Positions 10,201 to 20,459 of a stretch of DNA of 64,000 nucleotides are shown here, piece after piece. This DNA comes from an uncultured Alphaproteobacteria bacterium (GTDB lineage: Bacteria > Pseudomonadota > Alphaproteobacteria > Rhizobiales > Aestuariivirgaceae): the NCBI GenBank assembly GCA_963700885.1, contig CAVOZJ010000030.1, positions 46,563 to 110,562 on the forward strand. Direction: 5' to 3'. Within the stretch, counting starts at the first letter, position 1. Every line of letters begins with the position of its first letter. Both the position numbers and the translations under genes were made by a program. The notes under the pieces were generated by a model that made no database searches, was not told the origin of the DNA, and saw only the letters and a program-made list of their open reading frames with translations.

Positions 10201-12255
10201 ATGAAACGAATCATTATATCGTTCCTCGCCGCCGTACTGATCCTGTGCATCGGCATTGTCAGCCTTCCCATGCTGGTAAGCGGTGAGTTTGCAACAGCCC
10301 AGCTCAGCAGTGCTGTTGAACAGGCAACCGGCCGCAAGCTGACTTTGCTGAAACCCCCGAAGCTGAAACTGTGGCCTGATCTGAGGCTGGAAGTTGACGG
10401 CGTCACCCTGTCCAATCCTCCCGGAATGTTTGACGGAACAACGATATCTGCACAGACACTGCGGATAGAGATTTCCCTGGCGGAGTTGCTGTCGCGGCAG
10501 ATCAGTTTCCAGGAGCTGACACTGGTCCGTCCGCGCCTCAAGCTCATCGTTGACAGGCAGGGCAGGGCCAATTGGAACTTCAGCAGGGACGCCGGCGCAG
10601 CTGCGTCAGACGCCACCGAAGTTCCTGCACCCATTGCAGGCGTCCGGCTTGCTCCGGTAAAAATTGAAGACGGCGAAATTGTCTACGCGGATGAACGCTC
10701 CGGATCGCTGTTCAGGGCGAGCGGCGTCAATGTCGTGGTCACCATGGCCAGTGCGCAGGCCCCGGTAGACGTCAAGGGGTCATTGGTCTGGAACGCGCAA
10801 CCCGTTGATCTCCAGGTATTTGCCAAATCTCCGGCACAGCTTGCCGCCAGGGGCTCGCCGGTTGATCTGGCCATCCAGTCTGCCGGCATCAGTGCGGCAG
10901 TGTCTGGTCTTGCCCGGCTCGAGGATGGCCTGAACCTGGCCGGCAACATTGATGTAACCGCACCTGACCTGCGCAAGCTCGCCCAGTGGGGAGGAGTCAG
11001 GATAGATGGCACGGCCGGACTGAAACAGTTCTCCGCTACGGCGGCCATTGACCTTGCCGGACAGACTGTAAAGTTGACCAGGGCCACGATCGCCATGGAC
11101 GGCATGAACGCGCAGGGTGATGTGACGCTCGCCCTGGCCGGTGAGCGCCCGCGCCTGACTGCCAGCCTCGGTCTGGACCGGCTTGACACCAGCATCTACC
11201 TTGGCAGAAAGCCGTCTGCCGCCGGCGACCGGCAGGGCGACTGGAGCGATGACCCGATAGATTTCAGCAGCCTGAATTCGCTCGACGCAAAGCTCAGGCT
11301 GCGTACCGGCGGCATTGTCTACGGCGATGTAAATTTCGGTGAAACCCTGCTCGATATCGACATTAATTCAGGCAGGCTGAGCGCCGATCTCAAAAAGATT
11401 ACCCTGTACGGCAGCTCCGCCACGGGCTCACTCGGCCTTGATGGCACAGCCCGCAGGCCGAGGCTGACCGGAAAGCTCGAAGCCAGCGGACTGGATGCGC
11501 TGGCGTTGCTTGCCGATTTTGCCGGCACCTCCCGCTTTGAGGGCAAGCTTGCCGCATCGCTTGACCTTTCAGCCACGGGCGCCTCGCAACGCGAACTCGT
11601 ATCAACCCTTGCAGGCAGCGCCCGGTTCAGCCTCACCGACGGCGCCATACGCGGTATCGACATGGTTCGAATGTTCAACGGCGTGCAGGGAGCAATTTTG
11701 GCTGGTTGGGACAAGACCGACAACGCCGGCACCAGATTTTCAAACCTTTCTGCCAGTTACAGTTTTACCGATGGCATTGGCAGGAATGACGATCTGAACC
11801 TGACCGGCCCATTGCTGCAGGTGGCGGGACAAGGCAGCGTTGACCTGCTGCGCAAACGCCTGAACTACAAGGTGACACCGAGCGCTGCTGCAGTACCCGG
11901 CGGCGAATTCACCGGCCTCGTGGTGCCTGTCATCGTGCAGGGTCCGTGGGCAAACCCGAAAATCTATCCCGATGTGCAAGGCATTCTCGAGAACCCGCAA
12001 GCCGCCCTTGATGCGTTGGGAAAACTGGGTGTATCGACCGGCAATATCAATGCCGAAGCGGTGGGAAACCAGTTGAAAACGCAGGCCACGGGTGAAGTAT
12101 CGAAGGCTATTGAAAATCAGGCCCGCGACGTGGTTGGCGATGAAGCGGCCAGGGCACTTGGTGAACACGGCGCAGACCAGGCTGAAAAGCTGGGCGGATC
12201 GGTCCTCAGGAATCTGTTCGGTAAACCGCAGCAACAGGAACCGGCTTCGCAATGA
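10201..12255 (+). CDS. asmA: AsmA family outer-membrane assembly protein
   Basis: 684 aa with an N-terminal TM anchor (IISFLAAVLILCIGIVSLPML). Repetitive beta-rich body with the AsmA-like C-terminus (GAIRGIDMVRMF...LNLTGPLLQVAGQGSVDL). Confidence 0.8.
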   Translation: MKRIIISFLAAVLILCIGIVSLPMLVSGEFATAQLSSAVEQATGRKLTLLKPPKLKLWPDLRLEVDGVTLSNPPGMFDGTTISAQTLRIEISLAELLSRQISFQELTLVRPRLKLIVDRQGRANWNFSRDAGAAASDATEVPAPIAGVRLAPVKIEDGEIVYADERSGSLFRASGVNVVVTMASAQAPVDVKGSLVWNAQPVDLQVFAKSPAQLAARGSPVDLAIQSAGISAAVSGLARLEDGLNLAGNIDVTAPDLRKLAQWGGVRIDGTAGLKQFSATAAIDLAGQTVKLTRATIAMDGMNAQGDVTLALAGERPRLTASLGLDRLDTSIYLGRKPSAAGDRQGDWSDDPIDFSSLNSLDAKLRLRTGGIVYGDVNFGETLLDIDINSGRLSADLKKITLYGSSATGSLGLDGTARRPRLTGKLEASGLDALALLADFAGTSRFEGKLAASLDLSATGASQRELVSTLAGSARFSLTDGAIRGIDMVRMFNGVQGAILAGWDKTDNAGTRFSNLSASYSFTDGIGRNDDLNLTGPLLQVAGQGSVDLLRKRLNYKVTPSAAAVPGGEFTGLVVPVIVQGPWANPKIYPDVQGILENPQAALDALGKLGVSTGNINAEAVGNQLKTQATGEVSKAIENQARDVVGDEAARALGEHGADQAEKLGGSVLRNLFGKPQQQEPASQ

Positions 12256-12716
12256 TCCGGGTACAGCAAGAGCCATTCGACATCACAGCCGAACTAGCTG
12301 CCCTGCGCGACGGAAATCACCGGATCGGCGGCACGGCGCTGTTTACAGGCTCGGTGCGTGATCTCAATCTGGGTGAGCAGGTCTCTGCCATGACACTGGA
12401 GCATTATCCCGGCATGACCGAAAAGGCGCTGGCCGGCATCGAGGCGCAGGCCAATGAACGCTGGCCGCTGGAAGCAAGTCTGATTGTCCATCGCTATGGT
12501 CGCATGCTGCCTGGCGAAGACATCGTGCTGGTCATTACCTGTTCTTCCCATCGCGAAGCTGCCTTCGAGGCCTGCCAGTTTCTGATGGACTGGCTGAAGA
12601 CGAAGGCGCCGTTCTGGAAGCTGGAGGAGGGCTGCGGGACCGCGCAGGGCAAATGGGTTGATGCGCGTGAAAGCGACAGCACGGCTGCAGGCCGCTGGAG
12701 CAAGCCTGAAGAATGA
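12252..12716 (+). CDS. moaE: molybdopterin synthase catalytic subunit MoaE
   Basis: IRVQQEPFD...GGTALFTGSVRD...LEHYPGMTEKAL...SSHREAAFEACQFLMDWLKTKAPFWK. ATGA overlap with the asmA stop. Confidence 0.9.
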   Translation: MIRVQQEPFDITAELAALRDGNHRIGGTALFTGSVRDLNLGEQVSAMTLEHYPGMTEKALAGIEAQANERWPLEASLIVHRYGRMLPGEDIVLVITCSSHREAAFEACQFLMDWLKTKAPFWKLEEGCGTAQGKWVDARESDSTAAGRWSKPEE

Positions 12717-13285
12717 GCCGCTGGCGGCGAACCGGCCAGGCTCGCCGGGCACGGCCTTTGTGGCGCACGGCGCTGGATGCGCTGATGGTTATCGTCCTGA
12801 CCATGCTGGCCATAGGCGTCATGGAGTTTTTGCCGGGAAACAATACCGCCTCGGGCATGCGTGTGATCGACGGTGACAGCCTGCGCCCGGCCGGCAACGG
12901 TCATGACATCCGGCTGCAGGGTATCGACGCTCCTGAAATTGGGCAGCGCTGCCGGGACGTCGGCGGACGTGATTACCAGTGCGGCCGAAGAGCCAGGGCG
13001 CACCTGAAAGCCATAATTGCAGGCCGTGACGTCAGGTGCCGGGTGATGGACGTTGACAGATACCAGCGGTCGATTTCGATATGTCACGCCGGTGACATCG
13101 AAATAAACCGGCAGATGGTGGCCGACGGCTGGGCAGTGGCCTACCGGTTACCGGTGTATTTTCGCGCTGAACGCGGCGCAAAGGAAGCCCGCAGGGGCAT
13201 ATGGCAGGGTAGGTTCGATGATCCTGAAAGCTGGCGCCGGCTGAACCGGCCGGACAGTGCAGGCAATGGAATTGAACCTGATTGA
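12713..13285 (+). CDS. thermonuclease (SNase-like) family protein
   Basis: VIDGDSLR...IRLQGIDAPE...DRYQR...NRQMVADGWAVAY...AERGAKEARRGIW. N-terminal TM/signal segment. ATGA overlap with moaE. Confidence 0.75.
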   Translation: MSRWRRTGQARRARPLWRTALDALMVIVLTMLAIGVMEFLPGNNTASGMRVIDGDSLRPAGNGHDIRLQGIDAPEIGQRCRDVGGRDYQCGRRARAHLKAIIAGRDVRCRVMDVDRYQRSISICHAGDIEINRQMVADGWAVAYRLPVYFRAERGAKEARRGIWQGRFDDPESWRRLNRPDSAGNGIEPD

Positions 13286-13294
13286 AACCTGGTA

Positions 13295-14800
13295 TTACCG
13301 CCAGAACGACCGCGAAAGAACCACCAGCACGGTGAAAAACTCCAGCCGTCCCAGAAGCATGGCCACGGTCAGAAGCAGTTTTGCACCGGGATCAAGGTTG
13401 CTGTAATTGCCTGCAGGTCCGACAATATCACCCAGGCCGGGACCGACATTGGTAATTGTCGCCGTGGCGCTCGACAGGGCCGTAACCAGATCGAGGTTGA
13501 AGAATGACAGGGCGATGGTGAATACCATGACCGACAGGAACATGACCGTAACATAAGCCAGGACAGACGTGGCAATTTCATTGGTGATGCGGGTGTTGTT
13601 GAAGGTCAGGACCACGACCCGGTGGGGGCTCATCAACTGTTGTATATAGCTCCTGGCCGTCATCATCATGACCTGCAGCCGGAAGGTCTTCAGGCCTCCG
13701 GTGGTCGATCCGGTACATCCGCCCAGAAACATCAGTGCGAAGAACAGCCCCATGATGCCAGTGCCCCAGTTGGTATAATCACCAAGCGCATATCCGGTGG
13801 TGGAGAGGATCGACACGACGTTGAAGCACACGATGCGCAGCACGTCCCAGAACGGCTCGTCATTGCGCACGTAATACCACAGCGTCACGGTGAAGACAGC
13901 AAGTCCGGCAATCTGGGCGAAGGCGCGAACCTGCGCGTCATTCCACACGGCCAGGGATCTGGATCGCACCATCTTGACATAAAGCACCAGCGGCATGCAC
14001 GAAGCCAGCATGAAAACGATGGCTATCCACGGGATCGCCTTGTTGTTCTCGAAATGGGCAAAGGAGCGGTCATGGGTTGAAAAGCCCGCCGTCGATACGG
14101 TGGTCATGGCATGATTGAGCGCATCAAACGCGGTCATGCCGGCCCAGTAATAGGCAATTCCGCACGAAAATGTCATGACCAGGTAGGTGACGGCGATCAG
14201 GCTGATGACCTCGCCCACCCGCGGCATGAACTTGTCGGTACGGTCGGAACTTTCATTGCGAAACAGCTGCATGCCGCCCACCCGCAGGAACGGCAGCATG
14301 ACCAGCGCCATGACGACGATGCCGACCCCGCCGATCCACTGCAGTATCGAACGCCACAACAGCATGCCCGGTGGCAGGTGATCAAGACCGGTCAACACCG
14401 TCGCACCGGTTGCAGTCAACCCGGACACAGCCTCAAACAGGGCATTTGCAATGCTGGCATCACGGCCCAGAAACATGAATGGTACCGACGCCATGATACA
14501 CAGCGCGATCCAACTGAGCACGGTGAGCACAAACCCTTCCTTCAGGGAGACGTGCTCGGACCACCCGCCGCGGCTGACCAGTACCAGCATGAGACCCAGA
14601 AAACCTGTTGCAAACGCAGATACGGCAAACACTTTCCAGTCATCGTTTCTCGCGACAAGGTCGGAAATCGCCGGTGGAAACATGAACAGTGTCAGCACCA
14701 GCATCATCATGCCGATGACAAAAAAGACGCGCGACAGGTCAATCGCCTGGTTTGCAAGGCGCCGTTGCGGGGATCGTGCCTGATTGACAGTGTCTGCCAT
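13295..14800 (-). CDS. trkH: TrkH-family potassium uptake protein
   Basis: 501-aa polytopic membrane protein with repeated pore-loop motifs (LTATGATV, TVSTAGFST, ILSTTGYA, ITNVGPGLG). Confidence 0.85.
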   Translation of the reverse strand: MADTVNQARSPQRRLANQAIDLSRVFFVIGMMMLVLTLFMFPPAISDLVARNDDWKVFAVSAFATGFLGLMLVLVSRGGWSEHVSLKEGFVLTVLSWIALCIMASVPFMFLGRDASIANALFEAVSGLTATGATVLTGLDHLPPGMLLWRSILQWIGGVGIVVMALVMLPFLRVGGMQLFRNESSDRTDKFMPRVGEVISLIAVTYLVMTFSCGIAYYWAGMTAFDALNHAMTTVSTAGFSTHDRSFAHFENNKAIPWIAIVFMLASCMPLVLYVKMVRSRSLAVWNDAQVRAFAQIAGLAVFTVTLWYYVRNDEPFWDVLRIVCFNVVSILSTTGYALGDYTNWGTGIMGLFFALMFLGGCTGSTTGGLKTFRLQVMMMTARSYIQQLMSPHRVVVLTFNNTRITNEIATSVLAYVTVMFLSVMVFTIALSFFNLDLVTALSSATATITNVGPGLGDIVGPAGNYSNLDPGAKLLLTVAMLLGRLEFFTVLVVLSRSFWR

Positions 14801-15083
14801 GGAAGCGTTGTATCCTGAGCGTGCAGGGATTTACAGGCAAACTAACAACTGGCGGTACTGCCGGAAAAAACTCAACCCTCGATTCACACCCTTAGCAAGG
14901 CCATTCCCGGCCGTCAATCCGAAGCAGGCGGGACACTTCCCCGGCTTTCCGGCATGGCACAATTGCAACAAATCAGATGTGCGAAGCGCTGATTGTCTGT
15001 TTTTAGGATAAAACACCTGGATGGCGGTGGCATCTTGATGAGGTTTTATCGCAATGAGTGGCAAGCCGGTGTAAGCGGAGTGG

Positions 15084-15662
15084 ATGAACCATTCTTCTGA
15101 TGTGATACAAATTTACGAAGCCACGCCAGATCGCTGGCAGGATTTCGAGCAACTTCTGGGACCGCAAAAGGGAGGCCCTGGCGGGTGTTGGTGCATGCTA
15201 TGGCGACTGCGAAAGAAAGAGTACGATGCGTCGAGCAAGAAAGAGCGCCGGGAGGCTATTGCCAGCCGCTTTAAGTGTGACATTCCTCCAGGCTTGATTG
15301 CATATGACGAGAAAACTCCAATTGGATGGTGCTCGATTTCACCCAGGTTAGAGTTTGCCAGGCTTGATAACTCACGCGTACTCAAACCAGTTGATGACAA
15401 GCCGGTTTGGTCTGTTACCTGCTTCTACATTGCTCGCGCCTATCGCAGACAGGGGGTTTCAGTCAGGCTGCTGAATGGCGCTTGTGATTTCGTTCGGCGG
15501 CGCGCGGGAGTGGCAATTGAAGGCTATCCGATCGATCCTGACCGAGCCAGTTATCCCGCTGTATATGCCTGGATCGGTCTGGTCAGTGCGTTCAGGGCTG
15601 CCGGATTTGACGAGGTTGCCCGCCGGTCACCAACCCGGCCCATCATGCGCAAAATGGTTTAA
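15084..15662 (+). CDS. GNAT family N-acetyltransferase
   Basis: 192 aa with GGCWCMLWR and the acetyl-CoA-binding-like motif YRRQGVSVRLLNGA. Its GC content looks lower than that of its neighbours. Confidence 0.7.
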   Translation: MNHSSDVIQIYEATPDRWQDFEQLLGPQKGGPGGCWCMLWRLRKKEYDASSKKERREAIASRFKCDIPPGLIAYDEKTPIGWCSISPRLEFARLDNSRVLKPVDDKPVWSVTCFYIARAYRRQGVSVRLLNGACDFVRRRAGVAIEGYPIDPDRASYPAVYAWIGLVSAFRAAGFDEVARRSPTRPIMRKMV

Positions 15663-16260
15663 CTCTATCGTTCTTCCGCACGGCAAATTATATCAGATCT
15701 CGGTAACAGCGACTCATTTCATGGGATCATAGCGGTTCACTCGGGCAGGCGCGGTGCGCAGCGCGATGCTGGTCGCATCTGGCAAGCATTGCAACGCACC
15801 CGATGGGCCGCTATGACCCACCCGAAGGGCCGGGCGCTTTTTCCCGCCAGCTACGTTGCGCGCCGCTTGTGGTACATGTACCACGGCGCGACCCGCGCCT
15901 TGCCGGCGGAAAAAATCGCTCCGGTGAAATGGGTCGCTGTTACCGAGATCTGGTATTACCTGTAGTTTGTTGCAGCCGGGATCACGTAAACAGACAGCCT
16001 GGTAGTTGGGACCATAGTGTGGTCCTGGCCAGGGCCGCTGTCGCTCCACGCGGCACTTCATGGCGACGAGGTGCGGGCACTGGCAGAGGTAGGGGTCGAC
16101 CGTGCGCAACGCGAGATATGGCTCGGTTACCGGCGCACCGGCACTACCAGGTGGTATGAGAGCTTTGACCCCGAGTTTCTGCGTGAGGTGGCCCTGGCCA
16201 CCGAAATGGTTGCCGGGCGCCTGGATGACCTTACCAGCCGGACGCTGATGCTGAAGTCAG
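15663..16260 (+). other. coding-like frame interrupted by two in-frame stops (possible pseudogene); the mirror ORF on the minus strand is open
   Basis: The plus frame, in phase with the GNAT gene, reads ...RIWQALQRTRWAAMTHPKGRALF...VKWVAVTEIWYYL*FVAAGIT*TDSLVVGTIVWSWPGPLSLHAAL...WYESFDPEFLREVALATEMVAGRLDDL. The stops are TAG at 15963 and TAA at 15984. The antiparallel 131-aa ORF (15714..16109) has an R/P/G/C-rich shadow-like composition. Confidence 0.25.
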
Positions 16261-16294
16261 TGCGCCAGTGTGTGGCAGTATTCCGGTATAAAAC

Positions 16295-16369
16295 TGGTGC
16301 TGTCGGAGAGATTCGAACTCTCGGCCTCTCCCTTACCAAGGGAGTGCTCTACCCCTGAGCTACGACAGC
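16295..16369 (-). tRNA. tRNA-Thr (anticodon GGU)
   Basis: The reverse complement GCTGTCGTAGCTCAGGGGTAGAGCACTCCCTTGGTAAGGGAGAGGCCGAGAGTTCGAATCTCTCCGACAGCACCA folds as a cloverleaf with anticodon loop TTGGTAA. Confidence 0.9.
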
Positions 16370-16475
16370 GTTTTCGCGCCGCTACCGGCGACATCGCAGG
16401 CGTAATGCCACAGCAACTGAAACTGTGCAAGCATGATTGAACCTGCATGACATTTACCGGCGCCATGCCTACATT

Positions 16476-16661
16476 ATGAAGGTTCAACAAATTGCTAATC
16501 CGGAAGTGATGCAAGCCATGGCCAGCGAGACCGCTGCGGAACGTGAAAAACGCCTTGCAGAGGCACTCAGGCGCAATCTTGCCCGACGCAAGCGGCAGGC
16601 CCGCGGCAAACCGCCGGATTCCGGCAGCAAGAAAGACGATTCCGTCGGCAACGGGGACTGA
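16476..16661 (+). CDS. small basic hypothetical protein upstream of murA
   Basis: MKVQQIANPEVMQAMASETAAEREKRLAEALRRNLARRKRQARGKPPDSG... is a 61-aa helical, charged protein. No family was recognised. Confidence 0.4.
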   Translation: MKVQQIANPEVMQAMASETAAEREKRLAEALRRNLARRKRQARGKPPDSGSKKDDSVGNGD

Positions 16662-16790
16662 AAACCGGCAATATTTCGTTGCGTCATATGTTCTCTTGCC
16701 CGGCATGGCACTTTAAGTGCATGAAAGTGCCGCAAAGCACGGCTATCGCAGCGCAGCTTGCACAATGTACCAGAAAGGCACGCATACAGC

Positions 16791-18080
16791 ATGGATCGGA
16801 TCAGAATTGGCGGCGGTAACGAATTGAACGGCGAAATCCCGATTTCGGGCGCAAAGAACGCTGCCCTGCCCCTGATGATCGCCAGCCTGCTGACAGCCGG
16901 AACCCTGACGCTCAGGAATCTGCCGCGGCTGGCCGACGTACAATTGCTGAAGCGGATCTTGCACAATCACGGCGTTGACCAGCGCACCGACGGCAAGCGT
17001 GCCGGCCAGAAAAGCCAGGCCGGCGAAACGGTGCACTTTACGGCTGCGGAAATTGTTGACACCACCGCGCCCTACAATCTGGTTTCGAAAATGCGCGCCA
17101 GTTTCTGGGTGCTGGGCCCCTTGCTCGCGCGCTGTCATGATACCCGCGTGTCGCTGCCGGGAGGCTGTGCGATCGGCACCCGGCCGGTTGATCTCTACCT
17201 GATGGCGCTGCGCCGGCTGGGCGCCGGCCTTGAAATCGAAAACGGCTATGTGGTCGCCAGGGCGCCCGGCGGCCTGAAGGGCGCCAGGGTAACGTTTCCG
17301 ACGGTATCTGTCGGTGCAACCCATACAACCATGATGGCGGCAACCCTGGCCAGGGGTGAGACGTTAATCGAAAATGCCGCCCGAGAGCCCGAGGTCATCG
17401 ATGTTGCCGAATGCCTGGTCAGGATGGGCGCACACATTGATGGCATTGGCACATCGACGCTCACCATACAGGGCGTTGACGAACTGCACGGTGCAACCCA
17501 CGAAGTTCTCGCCGATCGTATCGAGACCGGCACCTATGCCATGGCCGTTGCCATGACCGGCGGTAACCTGAAGCTGCACGGCGGACGGCCCGACAACCTG
17601 GCCACCATGATTTCGGTGCTCGAGCAGGCCGGCGCCACGATCGACATCGAAGACGATGGCATGCGGGTCAAGCGCAATGGCAACGGGCTGCAGCCGGTCA
17701 ACGTGGAAACCCGGCCGTATCCCGGTTTTCCGACCGATCTTCAGGCGCAGTTCATGGCCCTGATGACGCGGGCCGGCGGCACCTCGCTCATTCGCGAAAC
17801 CATTTTTGAAAACCGCTTCATGCATGTCCAGGAACTGGCGCGTCTTGGCGCTGACATTTCGCTCAGCGGCGACACGGCAACCGTGCGGGGTGTCAATCAG
17901 CTGCACGGAGCCGAGGTTATGGCAACCGACCTTCGCGCGTCCGTTTCACTGGTCATAGCTGCACTGGCGGCGCAGGGCGAAAGCATGCTGCATCGGGTTT
18001 ATCATCTTGACCGCGGCTTCGAAACCCTTGAAGACAAGCTCAGCGCCTGCGGCGCTGACATCTCGCGCATTTCCGACTGA
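16791..18080 (+). CDS. murA: UDP-N-acetylglucosamine 1-carboxyvinyltransferase
   Basis: [29 protein letters not shown]...[14 protein letters not shown]...[14 protein letters not shown] full-length MurA signature. Confidence 0.95.
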   Translation: MDRIRIGGGNELNGEIPISGAKNAALPLMIASLLTAGTLTLRNLPRLADVQLLKRILHNHGVDQRTDGKRAGQKSQAGETVHFTAAEIVDTTAPYNLVSKMRASFWVLGPLLARCHDTRVSLPGGCAIGTRPVDLYLMALRRLGAGLEIENGYVVARAPGGLKGARVTFPTVSVGATHTTMMAATLARGETLIENAAREPEVIDVAECLVRMGAHIDGIGTSTLTIQGVDELHGATHEVLADRIETGTYAMAVAMTGGNLKLHGGRPDNLATMISVLEQAGATIDIEDDGMRVKRNGNGLQPVNVETRPYPGFPTDLQAQFMALMTRAGGTSLIRETIFENRFMHVQELARLGADISLSGDTATVRGVNQLHGAEVMATDLRASVSLVIAALAAQGESMLHRVYHLDRGFETLEDKLSACGADISRISD

Positions 18081-18125
18081 CCAGATTTGCCGCCACACGA
18101 TTAAATACAGGAAACGACCAGACAG

Positions 18126-18599
18126 ATGGCCGATACGCCTGCCATGAAAATTGCCGCGTTCGACGAAAGTGACCTGGCCGTGATTTCCGCGCATCTGCAG
18201 GATGCCGTGCTGCGGGTGGGAGATCTGCGCTGGATGAAGGCCGCCGGCAAGCTGGCTCTGGTTGCCAACCGGTTTGATCATTTCGCCAGCACGGGTGGCG
18301 CTGGCGAGCGGCGCCAGTGCGGCATCCAGGTTTCGCGCGTACGCCAGGTAACCGCGCGCCATATCGCGATGCATGACAAGGCGGCAATTGTCTGCCTGCT
18401 TGCCATGACATTCAAACCGGGCGCCGAGGCTCCCGAAGGGGTGATTGAACTGTCGTTTGCCGGCGGTGGCGCAGTGCGTGTGGAGGTTGAATGCATCGAA
18501 GTTGCTATGGCCGACCTCAGCCGGCCCTGGCCCGCGCGCGCCCGGCCGGATCATGGGGCAGACCAGCATGAAGCAGGCTCGGAGGATGGCCAGGCATGA
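18126..18599 (+). CDS. DUF2948 family protein
   Basis: MKIAAFDESDLAVISAHLQDAVLRVGDLRW...LVANRFDH. The conserved alphaproteobacterial gene between murA and hisD. Confidence 0.8.
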   Translation: MADTPAMKIAAFDESDLAVISAHLQDAVLRVGDLRWMKAAGKLALVANRFDHFASTGGAGERRQCGIQVSRVRQVTARHIAMHDKAAIVCLLAMTFKPGAEAPEGVIELSFAGGGAVRVEVECIEVAMADLSRPWPARARPDHGADQHEAGSEDGQA

Positions 18600-19891
18600 C
18601 ACGCCGGCTGAACACCAGGGATGCCGGCTTCGAGGCTGATTTTTTCAGGCTGCTGGGCGACAAGCGCGAGCAGGCCGCAGACGTCAACGAAACGGTGGCC
18701 GCCATTCTTGCTGACGTCAGGCAGCGTGGCGATGTGGCAGTGCGCCATTACACCGCGAAGTTTGACGGATTTGATTTGCCTGAGGCGGGCGCCCGCATGC
18801 CGGAGGGCCAGATCGAGCTGCATGCCGGCAGGTGCCCTGCGGATGTTCTGGCCGCACTGCAGGCTGCGGCAACCCGCATCCGGGCCTATCATGAACGCCA
18901 GTTGCCCGCCAGCGAACGCTACACGGACGGCAGTGGCGTCGAGCTTGGCCATCGCTGGAACGCTGTTCAGGCGGCCGGGCTTTATGTGCCGGGCGGGCTG
19001 GCTGCCTATCCGTCCTCGGTACTGATGAATGCCATCCCGGCCCAGGTCGCGGGCGTCGAGCGACTGGTCATGGTGGTGCCGGCGCCGAAGGGTGTCATCA
19101 ACCCGCAGGTGATTGCAGCCGCGCGCCTTGCAGGCGTAACCGAGATCCACACCATTGGTGGTGCGCAGGCCATAGCAGCGCTTGCCTATGGCACCGGCAC
19201 CATCGAACCGGTCGCCAAGATCGCCGGCCCGGGTAATGCCTTCGTGGCTGCTGCCAAGAGGCAGGTGTTCGGTACCGTCGGCATCGACATGATTGCCGGG
19301 CCATCCGAGGTGCTGGTGATGGCGGACGCCAGCGCCAATGCGGCCTGGATTGCGGCTGATCTCCTGGCCCAGGCCGAGCACGACCCGTCGGCGCAGTCAA
19401 TCCTCATTTGCAGCAGCGAGAAGCTGGCGAAAGACGTGTGCGATGCGGTTGATGCGCAGCTGGCCACCCTGCCGAAAGCGGAAATCGCCGGCGCCAGCTG
19501 GCGTGAATTCGGCTGTGTGATCGTGGTCGAGAGCCTGCTTGCCGCGGTGCCGCTGGTTGACAGGCTGGCGCCGGAACATCTTGAAATCGTGTGCGAGAAC
19601 GAAGACGAGATTGCCCAGGCTGTGCACAACGCAGGCGCCATATTCCTCGGCGCCTTCACGCCGGAGGCCGTCGGCGACTATGTCGGTGGTCCCAATCACG
19701 TGCTGCCGACAGCGCGCAGTGCTCGCTATTCTTCCGGGCTGAATGTGCTGGAGTTCATGAAACGCACAAGTATCCTGAAGTGCAGCGCTGATGCCCTGCG
19801 CGCCATTGGCCCGGACGCCATTACGCTGGGGCGTGCTGAAGGGCTGGAGGCCCATGCGCGTTCTGTCGCCATGCGGTTGAATCTGCCCTGA
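18596..19891 (+). CDS. hisD: histidinol dehydrogenase
   Basis: 431 aa with GLYVPGGLAAYPSSVLMNAIPA, IAGPSEVLV and AQAEHDP motifs. ATGA overlap with the upstream gene. Confidence 0.95.
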   Translation: MTRRLNTRDAGFEADFFRLLGDKREQAADVNETVAAILADVRQRGDVAVRHYTAKFDGFDLPEAGARMPEGQIELHAGRCPADVLAALQAAATRIRAYHERQLPASERYTDGSGVELGHRWNAVQAAGLYVPGGLAAYPSSVLMNAIPAQVAGVERLVMVVPAPKGVINPQVIAAARLAGVTEIHTIGGAQAIAALAYGTGTIEPVAKIAGPGNAFVAAAKRQVFGTVGIDMIAGPSEVLVMADASANAAWIAADLLAQAEHDPSAQSILICSSEKLAKDVCDAVDAQLATLPKAEIAGASWREFGCVIVVESLLAAVPLVDRLAPEHLEIVCENEDEIAQAVHNAGAIFLGAFTPEAVGDYVGGPNHVLPTARSARYSSGLNVLEFMKRTSILKCSADALRAIGPDAITLGRAEGLEAHARSVAMRLNLP

Positions 19892-19960
19892 CACTTGTGC
19901 ACAAGGAAGAACGCCTTTAAATCGCCGTACAGCGACCTGAAACGCCCTGGAACCCGGGAC

Positions 19961-20443
19961 ATGGACAACGACAACGACAACAACAGGCTGGTTGCCGTCA
20001 ACCTGGACAATACGCTGTCCAGGACGTTCTCCGCAGACGTGGACCATGAACGCAAGGTGGCGATCTACGATCTGATTGAAAGTAACAGCTTCCAGGTCGT
20101 CGGCAAGCCGGATGGGCCTTACTCACTCAACCTGTCCATCGACGGCACCAAGCTGGTGTTCAATGTGTGCGACGCGGCCGGTGAAACCCTGAGCGTCGTA
20201 GTGCTGGCCCTGTCTCCGCTGCGGCGCATCGTCAAAGATTATTACGGCATCTGCGAGAGCTATTACCAGGCCATTCGCACGGCAACGCCCAGCCAGATCG
20301 AGACCATCGATATGGCCCGGCGCGGCCTTCACAACGACGGCAGCCAGGTTCTGATGGACCGGCTGGATGGCAAGATAGTGGTTGATTTTGACACGGCCCG
20401 GCGGCTGTTCACGCTGGTGTGTGTGCTGCATTGGCGCGGCTGA
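19961..20443 (+). CDS. UPF0262 family protein
   Basis: [16 protein letters not shown]...[14 protein letters not shown]...[19 protein letters not shown]...[15 protein letters not shown]. Internal ATG (MDNDND) chosen as the start. Confidence 0.8.
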   Translation: MDNDNDNNRLVAVNLDNTLSRTFSADVDHERKVAIYDLIESNSFQVVGKPDGPYSLNLSIDGTKLVFNVCDAAGETLSVVVLALSPLRRIVKDYYGICESYYQAIRTATPSQIETIDMARRGLHNDGSQVLMDRLDGKIVVDFDTARRLFTLVCVLHWRG

Positions 20444-20459
20444 GCCGGACACTGGCGAT

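Noticed and set aside
14955-14967. A sigma-54-like TGGCAC...TTGCA motif in the trkH/GNAT intergenic region.
   Set aside because: The GG and GC elements are 9 nt apart instead of the required 12 (TGGCAC-N5-TTGC). This is not a valid -24/-12 promoter.
16017-16358. A 113-aa ORF taken at face value as a gene.
   Set aside because: Its 3' end runs through the tRNA-Thr gene. Only its upstream part is considered, as a possible pseudogene frame (see the finding at 15663-16369).
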